A DNA stretch of 64,000 nt. Source: Clostridia bacterium. Lineage in GTDB: Bacteria > Bacillota > Clostridia > TANB77 > CAG-465. Numbering within the stretch: the first letter of the stretch is position 1; every line of letters starts with the position of its first letter. The position numbers were made by a program, and so were the translations under genes. Below the pieces are notes generated by a model that was not told the origin of the DNA, made no database searches, and was given only the letters and a program-made list of their open reading frames with translations. Location: assembly GCA_045536565.1 (NCBI GenBank), contig JAZSNU010000011.1, forward strand, positions 57,732-121,731. Reading direction: 5' to 3'. Below are positions 1 to 9,776 of this stretch, piece by piece.

Positions 1-1024
1 TAGAAGGCATCCAAGCCTCAATATCATGTTTCCTTATTTGTCCTATACCAATATCACCAGTACAAACTTGAACAACTCTATATGGTATTTTTAAATCTTG
101 AAGAACTTCTTCTGAGTTGTTTAATAAGAAGTCGTGTATTTTGTATTGTTCATCACTATCAGCAGCACAAATAGCTACTTGTTCTATTTTAGTGAATTGA
201 TGCACTCTATAAAGACCTCTTGTATCCTTACCATATGTACCTGCTTCTCTTCTAAAACAGTTAGAGTAACCAGCATAAAGGATAGGTAAGTCTTTTTTAT
301 CCAATGTTTCACCGTTATGATAAGAAACAAGAGATACTTCTGATGTACCAACTAAGTATAACTCGTCTTCTGTTATTGCATAGGCTTGTTCTCTTCCAAG
401 AGGGAAGTAACCTGTTCCTCTCATTGCAATATCTTTTACCATAACAGGTACAGTCATAGGGCAGAATCCTTTTGATACTAATTTATCTAGAACATATCTA
501 CAAACAGCCATTTCTAAAAGTACAGCATCATTTTTTAAATAATATGTACGAGAACCAGCAATTTTTGAAGCATGTGCAAAATCCATTAAATCTAACATTT
601 GACCTAATTCTACATGGTCACGAGGTTCAAAATCAAATTTTCTAATTTCACCCCATGTTCTAAGTTCTACATTATCGTTTTCGTCTTTTCCGATTGGAAC
701 TTCTGGTAGAGTAGGATTTGGTACAGTAAGCATAATGCTATCAAACTCATCTTTTAGAGGTGCAACTTCTACTTCCATATTTGTTATTTGTTCTTTTAAA
801 CTTTTAACATAAGCAATTTTTTCTTGTTTTTCTTCGCTCGATAAGGATGGTATTAAGCTAGATAGCTTGTTCCTTTCTTCTTTTAATTCGTCTAGTTTTT
901 GATTAAGTAATTTTAACTGATTATCAACTTCAAGTAATCTGTCGATATCTACATTAAATAATTTGTCTTGTGCAGCTTTTTTTACAACATCTGCATTTTC
1001 TCTAATAAATTTTATATCTAACAT
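1..1024 (-). CDS. serS: Seryl-tRNA synthetase (3' part runs off the window)
   Basis: Manual translation from ATG at 1024 (GGAGG RBS): MLDIKFIRENADVVKKAAQ..., later GTSEV, CFRREAGTYGKDTRGLYRVHQFTK and DIEAWMP class II SerRS motifs; not in the ORF track. Confidence 0.95.
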   Translation of the reverse strand, partial: MLDIKFIRENADVVKKAAQDKLFNVDIDRLLEVDNQLKLLNQKLDELKEERNKLSSLIPSLSSEEKQEKIAYVKSLKEQITNMEVEVAPLKDEFDSIMLTVPNPTLPEVPIGKDENDNVELRTWGEIRKFDFEPRDHVELGQMLDLMDFAHASKIAGSRTYYLKNDAVLLEMAVCRYVLDKLVSKGFCPMTVPVMVKDIAMRGTGYFPLGREQAYAITEDELYLVGTSEVSLVSYHNGETLDKKDLPILYAGYSNCFRREAGTYGKDTRGLYRVHQFTKIEQVAICAADSDEQYKIHDFLLNNSEEVLQDLKIPYRVVQVCTGDIGIGQIRKHDIEAWMPS

Positions 1025-1167
1025 AATATTCCTCCTTAAATATACTACTTATTATATTATAATTATCCCAATATTTCAATTGTTTTATTAATTTAAAGAT
1101 GAAAAAATAATGAATTTGAATAAAAAAATAATAATTACAAAAACTATTTATATATAATAGTGAAAGG

Positions 1168-1401
1168 ATGATAAAAATGAAAAGAAGAAAAGATAACGAA
1201 TATGATGGGAATTTAAAAATAAATTGTAATGTATCTACTTGTGCTCATAACTGTGTAGAGGATAGTACTTGTTTATTAAAAGAAATAAAAGTGGCTAGAA
1301 TAAAGGCAGATGAAAGTGGAGATGCAGATAAAGACACAGCATGTCATAGTTACAAATACTTAGGACATGAAAATTCTAGTTTGGGTAATTTTAGAATGTA
1401 A
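1168..1401 (+). CDS. Small Cys-rich DUF1540-like protein
   Basis: I-x-C-x-V-x-x-C-x-H-N...C...I-x-V...T-x-C-x-S-Y pattern. Confidence 0.7.
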   Translation: MIKMKRRKDNEYDGNLKINCNVSTCAHNCVEDSTCLLKEIKVARIKADESGDADKDTACHSYKYLGHENSSLGNFRM

Positions 1402-1472
1402 AAACTGAAAGAAAAGTGTAAAAAAATAGTGTAAGGATGTTAAAATTCCTTACACTTTTATATATTCATTTA

Positions 1473-3791
1473 TTATTTACTGTTTAGCACTATATTGTTA
1501 TTATTTAACTCTAAAACATATTTCTTGTTTTCTTCTAGTTCATTTTTTATATATTTAAGAGCGATTAAATCTTCAATATATTTAGTAATAGTTCTTTTTA
1601 ATGGTCTTGCACCAAACTTATTGCTAAATCCTTTATTTAGAATAAACTCAGCAACTTCATCAGTATATGAGATATTCAAGTTTTTCTTTTTTAATTCTTC
1701 TATAAATTCATCTAAAAGTAGTTTGGTTATATTTAAAGAATCTTTCTTGTTTAATTTATTAAATACAACTATATCATCAATTCTATTTAAGAATTCAGGT
1801 GAGAAGAACTCTTTTAAAGCATGACTTACTTTTGTTTTTAACATGTCGTCTTCAATATTGTTATTTGCAAAACCATAACCTTCGTTTTTAAAGTTTGTTC
1901 CAAGATTAGATGTAAGAACAATTATAGTATGCTTAAATGAAACGGTTTTACCTTGTGAATCAGTAAGTCTACCATCATCTAAAACTTGAAGTAGCATATT
2001 GAATATACTTGGATGAGCTTTTTCTATTTCATCAAATAATACAATACTATATGGATTTCTTCTAACTTTTTCAGTTAAATATCCAGCCTCATCATATCCA
2101 ACATATCCAGGAGGAGAACCAATAAGTTTTGAAATGCTATGTTGCTCCATATATTCTGACATATCTAATCTAATTATTGCATCTTCACGGTCAAATAATT
2201 CATAAGCAAGAGCCTTTACAAGTGCTGTTTTACCAACACCAGTAGGTCCTACAAAAATGAAAGATGGTGGGTTATCGCTGTTTTTAATATTAGCCCTTTT
2301 CCTTAAAATAGAGTTATATAGTGTAGTTATTGCGATTTGTTGTCCTATTATTTTTTTACTTAAATTATTTTCTAAGTTAAGAAGTTTTTCTGTTTCTTTT
2401 TGAGATAATCTAGATGCTGGAATATTTGTCCAAAGTTCAACAACTCTTGCTAGATTATCAAAAGACAAAACAGGTTTTTTAGCCTTTTTATTTAAGTCAG
2501 ATAAACTAGCCTCTAAGTTACATTGCATTGTCTTTAAGTTTGCTGCTTTTTCATATGTTTCAGGGCTTTCTGTGTCATTTATATTTGCAAGCTCAAATTC
2601 AGCATCTTCTATTTGACTAGAAATTTCTTCTAATTGTTTTTCAATGCTTTCTATTTTATTTAGTGTTTTGTTATCTAAGTATACACGAGAACAAGCCTCA
2701 TCTATTAAATCTATGGCCTTATCAGGCAAAAATCTATCGTGAATATATTTTTTAGATAAGTTTATACTTTGAATAAGTGCATCATCTGGTATTATAACCT
2801 TATGGTGTTTTTCGTAGTATGGTCTGATACCTTTTAATATTTCTAGTGTATCGCTAAAATTAGGCTCTTCTAAAATTATAGGTTGGAATCTTCTTTCTAG
2901 TGCAGCATCTTTTTCAATAGTTTTTCTGTATTCTTTTAAAGTTGTAGCACCAATAATTTGGATATCACCAGTAGCTAGGGCAGGTTTTAGCATATTTGCT
3001 GCATTCATTGAATTGTCATGGTCGATAGAACCCATTATAGTATGCATTTCGTCTATTGCTAGTATTACATTAGAGAAAGATTTACACTCATCTATAATTC
3101 CTTTCATTCTTGCTTCAAATTGCCCTCTAAATTGAGTACCTGCAACAACAGCAGCCATATCAAGTAGGTAGATTTGTTTATCTTGTAATCTTTGTGGAAC
3201 TTGTTTATTTGCTATCTTTATTGCAAGGCCATTCATAACAGCTGTTTTACCAACACCAGGTTCGCCAATTAGTGCAGCGTTATTTTTAGAACGACGGTTT
3301 AGAATTTGTATTAATCTTTCTAACTCTTTGTCTCTACCAACTACATTATCTAATTTACCTTCTTTTGCAAGTTTTGTTAAATTAGTACCATAAACATCCA
3401 AGTATTTAGCCTTTTTATTTTCCTTTTTTTCTTTCTTTTTAGTTTTAACAGTTTGTCCACTATTTTCTTCTATATCATCATCCATTGCCATATTTTCTGG
3501 ATCAAAGCTACTAAAAGGATCAAATCCTAAATTATCAAAAGAGCCGAATATATTTGGCATAGAATCAGGATCAAATTTTCCAAGTAGTCCTTCAAACTGT
3601 TTTGTGATATTTTCCATTTGCTCAGGAGTTAAATTATCTACTGAATCTACAACTGATTTTATAGGGTCGATTCCTCTTTTTTTAGCACAATCTATACATA
3701 GTCCTTCACTAAATGTAGGTTTATTGTTTTCTTTATCAAATTTATTTACAAATATGACTGCCATATTTTTTTTACAAACAGAACATAACAT
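1473..3791 (-). CDS. clpC: ATP-dependent Clp protease ATPase (ClpC/ClpE type, N-terminal Zn-finger)
   Basis: Two AAA+ modules (GEPGVGKT, GPTGVGKT), DMSEYME, GSPPGYVGY; CxxC...CxxC N-terminus; start moved to ATG 3791 behind GGAGG. Confidence 0.92.
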   Translation of the reverse strand: MLCSVCKKNMAVIFVNKFDKENNKPTFSEGLCIDCAKKRGIDPIKSVVDSVDNLTPEQMENITKQFEGLLGKFDPDSMPNIFGSFDNLGFDPFSSFDPENMAMDDDIEENSGQTVKTKKKEKKENKKAKYLDVYGTNLTKLAKEGKLDNVVGRDKELERLIQILNRRSKNNAALIGEPGVGKTAVMNGLAIKIANKQVPQRLQDKQIYLLDMAAVVAGTQFRGQFEARMKGIIDECKSFSNVILAIDEMHTIMGSIDHDNSMNAANMLKPALATGDIQIIGATTLKEYRKTIEKDAALERRFQPIILEEPNFSDTLEILKGIRPYYEKHHKVIIPDDALIQSINLSKKYIHDRFLPDKAIDLIDEACSRVYLDNKTLNKIESIEKQLEEISSQIEDAEFELANINDTESPETYEKAANLKTMQCNLEASLSDLNKKAKKPVLSFDNLARVVELWTNIPASRLSQKETEKLLNLENNLSKKIIGQQIAITTLYNSILRKRANIKNSDNPPSFIFVGPTGVGKTALVKALAYELFDREDAIIRLDMSEYMEQHSISKLIGSPPGYVGYDEAGYLTEKVRRNPYSIVLFDEIEKAHPSIFNMLLQVLDDGRLTDSQGKTVSFKHTIIVLTSNLGTNFKNEGYGFANNNIEDDMLKTKVSHALKEFFSPEFLNRIDDIVVFNKLNKKDSLNITKLLLDEFIEELKKKNLNISYTDEVAEFILNKGFSNKFGARPLKRTITKYIEDLIALKYIKNELEENKKYVLELNNNNIVLNSK

Positions 3792-4009
3792 TTTTATATT
3801 ACCTCCAATTAATTTACAAAGTATATCATAAAACGAGGATAAATACAAGCTTAATGGCATGTCTAAAAATGTAAAAAGTGTTTGTGAAACTATTTAAAGA
3901 AACGAATATAATTAAATGTAATTTACATAATAATAAAAATGTGATATAATCATATAAGATCAACAAAACTATGTATTAATTTATAATTAAGTTATGGGAG
4001 GAAAAAAGA

Positions 4010-4297
4010 ATGAGTAATAGAAGTAAAACAAGAAAATATGATGAAAGAGTTAATGATGTCAAAATTATGGGAAAGTATATTGTTGAAAATAGCGCAACTA
4101 TACGGCAAGCAGCAGATTACGGTGGAATAAGTAAAACAGTATTACATAAAGATATAGAAAATATCCTTTCAAAAGAGGATTCAAAACTGTATGATAAAGT
4201 AAGAAAAGTTCTTGACAAAAACAAAGCAGAAAGACATAGTCGGGGAGGATTAGCAACAAAAATAAAATTTGCTAAGGATAAAAATAACAGAGATTAA
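4010..4297 (+). CDS. spoIIID: SpoIIID-family sporulation transcription regulator (divergent)
   Basis: YIVENSATIRQAA..GISK..HKD and NKAERHSRGGLATK match SpoIIID. Confidence 0.8.
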   Translation: MSNRSKTRKYDERVNDVKIMGKYIVENSATIRQAADYGGISKTVLHKDIENILSKEDSKLYDKVRKVLDKNKAERHSRGGLATKIKFAKDKNNRD

Positions 4298-4305
4298 AAT
4301 CTCTG

Positions 4306-5574
4306 TTATTTTGTTAATTTATAATTTATATCTTTTTCCGCATATTGTTCTGGTTTTAAACCCAATCTAGGACGCATATAATCTAAGATAAGTAGTATAG
4401 TCATAATGAAGATTACACCAAATATAACATATGCAATTCCTATGTTTGTAATTTCTAGAAGTTTACTTGCTAAAAATAATAGTGAAAATGTACCAAGCAT
4501 TTCGGATAAATAATATACAGACATTATTTTAGGTCTTATAGCACTAGTAGTGAAGTTGTTTAAATATTTTTTCATTATAACTCTATAACTTCCTTTGAAA
4601 AAGTTTTGCAAAGCAAAAACTATAAATCCTATAAATAATAATATATTTGTATTAAATCCTATCAGATGAGGTATACCTACAAACAAGAAAACAGAAATAT
4701 ATATAATAGATATATATGCTAATGTTTTTTTCTTTTTCTTATCTTGGAATTTATCTTGGTATGAAGAACCTATTGCGGATATTATGCTAAGCGCTGATGT
4801 TATAAGTCCAAACATAACAGATGATACTTCTATGTCTGTCATGAAAGCCTTTGAAAAGTTGTTTGCAACAGAAACTACTCCTGCAAAAACACAAGCAAAG
4901 ACAAGTAACGCTTTCATTCTTTCACTTTTAAATATAAATTTAAATCCAAGTTTCATATCTTCTATATATTCAGTATGACTTAATTCTTTATTGTTTTTTG
5001 TCATTATTGTACTTTCGTCAAATTTAAATGATAATATTGTAGATGTAAGCATTGATAGAGCGCATAGTACAATAGGTATATATGGGTTTATTACATATAA
5101 ATAACCTGATATTATAGAGGCAACAGCTTCTGTATAAAAATAGTATGAAGAACCTTTCGCTTCAACTTTTGCTGAATCATTCTCTATATGTTCTTTTTTC
5201 ATAATTGTAAATAGGAAAGGGGATTCGGATACACTTTTTAGAGCAAATCCAAATGCCATTTGGATGTCTCCTAGCATTACAGTTGAAAAAGAATTTGCTA
5301 TTATATATGTAAGTACGCCAGTTGTACAAAATATGTTTCCTAAAACAATACATTTTTTATATCCTATTTTATCAACAACAAATGTTACGGGTATTTGAAA
5401 TATCATTTGAAAAGCACTATACAAAGAACTAAGTAAAACAATATTAGCAACTGATATTCCTTTTACATTGTGCAAAAAAAGCATTTGTATTGCATAATAG
5501 AATAATAAATCGTACGCAAATAATTTATATATTGGAAATAATTTAATGTTTTTAAAATTTATTTTAGATTCCAC
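4306..5574 (-). CDS. MFS transporter
   Basis: About 12 hydrophobic segments; DKIGYKK motif-A-like loop. Confidence 0.85.
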   Translation of the reverse strand: MESKINFKNIKLFPIYKLFAYDLLFYYAIQMLFLHNVKGISVANIVLLSSLYSAFQMIFQIPVTFVVDKIGYKKCIVLGNIFCTTGVLTYIIANSFSTVMLGDIQMAFGFALKSVSESPFLFTIMKKEHIENDSAKVEAKGSSYYFYTEAVASIISGYLYVINPYIPIVLCALSMLTSTILSFKFDESTIMTKNNKELSHTEYIEDMKLGFKFIFKSERMKALLVFACVFAGVVSVANNFSKAFMTDIEVSSVMFGLITSALSIISAIGSSYQDKFQDKKKKKTLAYISIIYISVFLFVGIPHLIGFNTNILLFIGFIVFALQNFFKGSYRVIMKKYLNNFTTSAIRPKIMSVYYLSEMLGTFSLLFLASKLLEITNIGIAYVIFGVIFIMTILLILDYMRPRLGLKPEQYAEKDINYKLTK

Positions 5575-5719
5575 TTTTATAACCTCTCATATGTATATAT
5601 AAAAATTATATTAAAAGTAAAAAGATAATTCAATATAAAGCACAAAAAAATAGGAGAAATCTCAAAAAAATGTAAGAAAAAACTACTGAAATAAAAGTAT
5701 TATTCCAATAGATAAATAG

Positions 5720-5920
5720 TTATATAGTCCAGCTTTTAATATCTTTTAATGCAAAACCTCTTTCAGCACCTTTTTCTATATCAATAGCATTTAAAATCCA
5801 TTGTTCTTCTTTATGCCAATCAGTAGATTTAAATTCAATATTAATAGGCAATATTTTTCTAGTTCTAGTTTCATCTTTCCAGTTAGTATAAAGTATTTTA
5901 ACAATTTTATCTTTATCCAT
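5720..5920 (-). CDS. Small stand-alone WYL-domain protein
   Basis: ILYTNWKDET.TRKILP...QWILNAIDIEKGAERGFALKDI; GAGGTG RBS before ATG 5920. Confidence 0.7.
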   Translation of the reverse strand: MDKDKIVKILYTNWKDETRTRKILPINIEFKSTDWHKEEQWILNAIDIEKGAERGFALKDIKSWTI

Positions 5921-5953
5921 AAAATCACCTCTTATACATATAAAATACAAAAA

Positions 5954-6084
5954 TTAATCAATAGTTTCATAATAATACGATGTTTCAATACCTTTGAATA
6001 TTGTATATAAATCAAAATTATAAATATCATTACTTGAAAATAATTTTTTGCATTTTCTAAATATTTTATATCAATTTTATTCAT
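5954..6084 (-). pseudogene. Remnant of a class III Fic (AMPylase) gene, central part deleted plus one frameshift
   Basis: Adding one A to an A6 run gives MNKIDIKYLENAKKLFSSNDIYNF fused to DLYTIFKGIETSYYYETID, resembling the N- and C-termini of NmFic-type proteins (IFKGIEQSYYYE). Confidence 0.7.
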
Positions 6085-6107
6085 ATAAAACATTTCATAT
6101 ATACAAT

Positions 6108-6131
6108 AAGCCCATCCGTATGGTTGGGCTC
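6108..6131 (-). terminator. Hairpin downstream of tRNA-Trp
   Basis: AGCCCA..CC...GG.TGGGCT inverted repeat. Confidence 0.6.
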
Positions 6132-6139
6132 AATAAATT

Positions 6140-6213
6140 TGGCAGGGGTAGAGAGATTCGAACTCCCATGAACGGTTTTGGAGACCGGCATGCTACCATT
6201 GCATCATACCCCT
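6140..6213 (-). tRNA. tRNA-Trp (CCA)
   Basis: Reverse complement AGGGGTA...CTCCAAAA...GTTCGAATC...TACCCCTGCCA folds as a cloverleaf with CCA anticodon and encoded CCA end. Confidence 0.96.
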
Positions 6214-6408
6214 TTATTTAATACTTGTATAGTATAACATATAAATGATAAAAATATCAATACTAAAATGTATATTTTATGAAATTTGTAATTAATACTA
6301 AATATTGAATGTACTTAAAATGTTTACATAATATAAGAGATGTGGTATAATATAAGTATATGAAGTGATATATTAAAAAATGATTATTTATTTTAAGGAG
6401 GAAAATAT

Positions 6409-6825
6409 ATGAATTTGGGTCAGCTATTGCACGAACTTGAACGGTCGTTCAAGGAAATGATAAGCGAAACCAAGGATTATCTCCATAATCCTGTTATAAA
6501 AGATTTTGTAAGTCAAAAGGAAGCAGATTACCGGGAATTTAGAGAATTAGTATCTGAATATGATAGACAACTTATAGTTCCTAAAATTATTGAAAGATTT
6601 CAAAAACGGAATGTTGAATCAAAATTTTACGGTATGTGTGTAAGATATGATAAATATTTTGATTATAACAAACAAGTAAAAGCGGAGTTAGAAAACGAAA
6701 TGTTTAGAACTGCTTTTAAGAAAGAAACAGCTAATGACATTCAGTTCGATGCCGATTATGCGATTCCTGATGAACTTGACAAAAAAACTTTTGACAAATT
6801 ATATGGAGAAGAAGTTGCTAGTTAA
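6409..6825 (+). CDS. Hypothetical protein
   Basis: 138-aa ORF, AAGGAGG RBS, TG-TATAAA promoter, own terminator at about 6812-6843. Confidence 0.7.
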   Translation: MNLGQLLHELERSFKEMISETKDYLHNPVIKDFVSQKEADYREFRELVSEYDRQLIVPKIIERFQKRNVESKFYGMCVRYDKYFDYNKQVKAELENEMFRTAFKKETANDIQFDADYAIPDELDKKTFDKLYGEEVAS

Positions 6826-6926
6826 ATACTAGCAATTTTTTTCTGTAAAATGTAATTAGTATTTATTGGATTAAGAATAATTGAATATTGAACTTAAAAA
6901 TGATAAAATATACACATGGTGATTAG

Positions 6927-7655
6927 ATGTATTATGAAATAAAAGATAATAACAAAAAAGAATGGATAGTTTTATTACATTGTATATGTGCAAATATGCA
7001 TATTTTTGATGCATATTTAGATAAATTAAGTGAGAGATATAACATATTAAGTATAGATTTACCTGGGCATGGTGAAAGTAGAGAATATAGTGATAAAATT
7101 GGGTTTAAAGAGGTTGCAGAAAAAATAATTAAAATTACGGAGGAAAACAATATAGATAAATTTGCAATTTGGGGGATATCTTTGGGAAGTGTTGTTGCAA
7201 AATACATTTTACAAATGGTACCTCAAAAAATAGATAAAATAGTATTTGAGAGTCCTGCTTTTTATATTGAAAATAAAGTGTATTTATCTATGTTTAGATT
7301 ATTTAATAAAGTTAAATATATAATACCAAAAACCATATATCTTAAATCTTTTATATATGCTGTTATTCCAGGAAAAAACAGAAAATATATGAGAAAAGAT
7401 ATGTATGATATGTTAAGAAAATCAAATTATAACATATTGAGTATTTGGTTAGGACTTTTAAATAATGAATATAAATGTAAGAATTTTGATACTTTAAATA
7501 ATTCTAATATTGATAAATATTATATATTGGGTGATAAAGATTATATATTCAAAAATGGAACAATTAATAATATAAAAGAAAATGAATATAACAAAGTAAT
7601 TATTGAGAAAAACTGTGGACATTTATGTCATTTAGAAACGACTATTTCAATTTAG
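6927..7655 (+). CDS. Alpha/beta hydrolase
   Basis: DLPGHG, GISLG nucleophile elbow, G.KD, GHLC. Confidence 0.85.
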   Translation: MYYEIKDNNKKEWIVLLHCICANMHIFDAYLDKLSERYNILSIDLPGHGESREYSDKIGFKEVAEKIIKITEENNIDKFAIWGISLGSVVAKYILQMVPQKIDKIVFESPAFYIENKVYLSMFRLFNKVKYIIPKTIYLKSFIYAVIPGKNRKYMRKDMYDMLRKSNYNILSIWLGLLNNEYKCKNFDTLNNSNIDKYYILGDKDYIFKNGTINNIKENEYNKVIIEKNCGHLCHLETTISI

Positions 7656-7762
7656 AGATAGTTGTTTTTATAATTCGCCAACTTGACATAAATATAGGAG
7701 GGTGATATAATAAAGGGCGTATTAAATGGTAAAAAACGATTCTAATTAGGAGGTTTGGAAAT

Positions 7763-8542
7763 ATGATATATAAAGAAATAGATAATAAGAAGAATAAGTG
7801 GATAGTATTAATACACTGTGTTTGTGGAAATGAAAAAATATTTAATGAGCAATTATCATTATTAAAACAGTATTATAACATAGCAATCGTACGGCTGGCA
7901 GGACATGAAATTGATTCTAAAATTAACGAAGCAACATTTAGCTATGTTGTAGAGAAAATTCGTGATTTTGTTTTGAAAAAAAGGACAAAGATTGATTTGT
8001 TAGGTGTATCAATAGGTGCAATGATTGCTACAAAGTATTTAACAATATACCCTGATGATGTAAACAAGGCATATTTAATAGGTAATATATATGGGTTTTC
8101 ATTACCATTGTTTAAAACTGGTTATATGCTCTTAACAAGAGTTAATAAACTATTACCAAGAAGTGTTTATATGTATTTTATTACAAAGCTTATATTGCCA
8201 GGAAAAAAAGAACATTCTCAGAGAAAGAAATTATATAAATATTCATTGAAAATGAAACCAGAATTTTTATATTTATGGATGTCTGAAATGGGAAAGTTTA
8301 TACTACAAGGCGAAGGCTACTTGAATGTGACTTTATCTAATAACAATAACAATAACATTAAACTTATATATGGTGAGCATGATAATATGTTTTTGAATTG
8401 GGTTAAAAAAAGATTAAAAGGTAGAGATAAATCTATATTACATATTATGAAAGATTCAGGACACTTGTGTAATATTGATAATCCTAATAGCATTAATACA
8501 ATTATAAAGGAGGATAACGATGAAGAATTTGGCTATAATTGA
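7763..8542 (+). CDS. Alpha/beta hydrolase (paralog of the upstream gene)
   Basis: GVSIG, GEHD, SGHLCN; N-terminus closely similar to 6927..7655. Confidence 0.85.
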   Translation: MIYKEIDNKKNKWIVLIHCVCGNEKIFNEQLSLLKQYYNIAIVRLAGHEIDSKINEATFSYVVEKIRDFVLKKRTKIDLLGVSIGAMIATKYLTIYPDDVNKAYLIGNIYGFSLPLFKTGYMLLTRVNKLLPRSVYMYFITKLILPGKKEHSQRKKLYKYSLKMKPEFLYLWMSEMGKFILQGEGYLNVTLSNNNNNNIKLIYGEHDNMFLNWVKKRLKGRDKSILHIMKDSGHLCNIDNPNSINTIIKEDNDEEFGYN

Positions 8543-9140
8543 TATTGATGGAACTATTACAGATTTTTATAAAGTTGACCGCGAAATTATTTCTGAGTTG
8601 TATGGGAATAATAAAGTTATAAAATTATTAGATAAAATTCTATGGAAAATAAATTCTATGGATATTATAACTAATAGATTTTTTATTTTTAAACTAAGAA
8701 TTATGCTGTATAGTTTTCTTAATAAATCTAGTTTCGATAAGGATTTTGAAACATATAAAGAAAAATATATAGCTTACGCAAAACATTATTTTAAGACTTT
8801 TATGAAGAACGAATATGTAACTATAAAAGAAAAAGGATTAAAAGTTCTTTTGCTTACATGTGACCCGTTTGACGGTTTTTGTGATAATAGAGTTACAGTT
8901 GTTCAAAATAAAATTGGATATGTACTCGATAATGTTTTAGGTAAATACGATAAAATCTATGTAATAGGTAATAATTATATGGATGATATAAAAATAGGAT
9001 TAAGACTTAGAAAAAAAATAAAAGAATCTGGCAGCGTAAGTGTTTTTTATATTGGTAATAGCTCAGTGCTCAAAAGATACTTGAAAAATAAAGATGTTTT
9101 TACTTTTCAATATCTAAAAGATGCAGTTAAGAAAATATAA
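8520..9140 (+). CDS. HAD-superfamily hydrolase-like protein
   Basis: DIDGTITD motif I, GNNYMDD motif IV-like. Confidence 0.7.
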   Translation: MKNLAIIDIDGTITDFYKVDREIISELYGNNKVIKLLDKILWKINSMDIITNRFFIFKLRIMLYSFLNKSSFDKDFETYKEKYIAYAKHYFKTFMKNEYVTIKEKGLKVLLLTCDPFDGFCDNRVTVVQNKIGYVLDNVLGKYDKIYVIGNNYMDDIKIGLRLRKKIKESGSVSVFYIGNSSVLKRYLKNKDVFTFQYLKDAVKKI

Positions 9141-9260
9141 ACCATCAATTATTTTATTAATTTGGTGGTTTATATTATGCATATTTTTAATACTACATTA
9201 ATATAATATAAATAGGGCGAATGAGTAAAAATATAATAATTTATTTAAGGAGGTTTCAAT

Positions 9261-9662
9261 ATGAATAATTTTGTTATTGAAAAGAAAAGGTTAAAATGTA
9301 AAAATCAGGAACCAATTATCAAACATTATGTGTTAGGGTATATTTTAGAGTGTATTGTTCGAAAAGATTATAACATTAAACTTAATATTGAAAGATTTTT
9401 AGTATACGAACTAAAAATTATATCTTTAAGTACATTTTTAAATTGTATTCAAAAGATAAGATTAAGTAGAACGCTTGAGGGTGATGAAAATATCATAAAA
9501 TGTGCTGATTTATTAGACATGATTGAAATTATTAAATATGATTATTTTGCACAAACAAGAATAGTAGAAAAATTACAAACTTATGCAGAAAATTATGATG
9601 ACGGAATATACATAAATTCAAAAATGGCAGTAACTAATTTCTCTATTGTTAAGAATTTCTGA
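9261..9662 (+). CDS. Hypothetical protein
   Basis: AAGGAGG RBS; terminator at about 9668-9702. Confidence 0.65.
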   Translation: MNNFVIEKKRLKCKNQEPIIKHYVLGYILECIVRKDYNIKLNIERFLVYELKIISLSTFLNCIQKIRLSRTLEGDENIIKCADLLDMIEIIKYDYFAQTRIVEKLQTYAENYDDGIYINSKMAVTNFSIVKNF

Positions 9663-9776
9663 TTTTTAAGAGATATCAAGGATGATATCTCTTCTTTTTT
9701 TTGTAAAAAAGGTTTACAAAATTTGTTAAATAGTTTACAATAATAGTTGTAATTTTATTTAATAAAGGAGAAAAAG

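Noticed and set aside
6140-6850. Intact integrative element at tRNA-Trp
   Set aside because: No integrase and no duplicated tRNA 3' end (att site) seen in the window.
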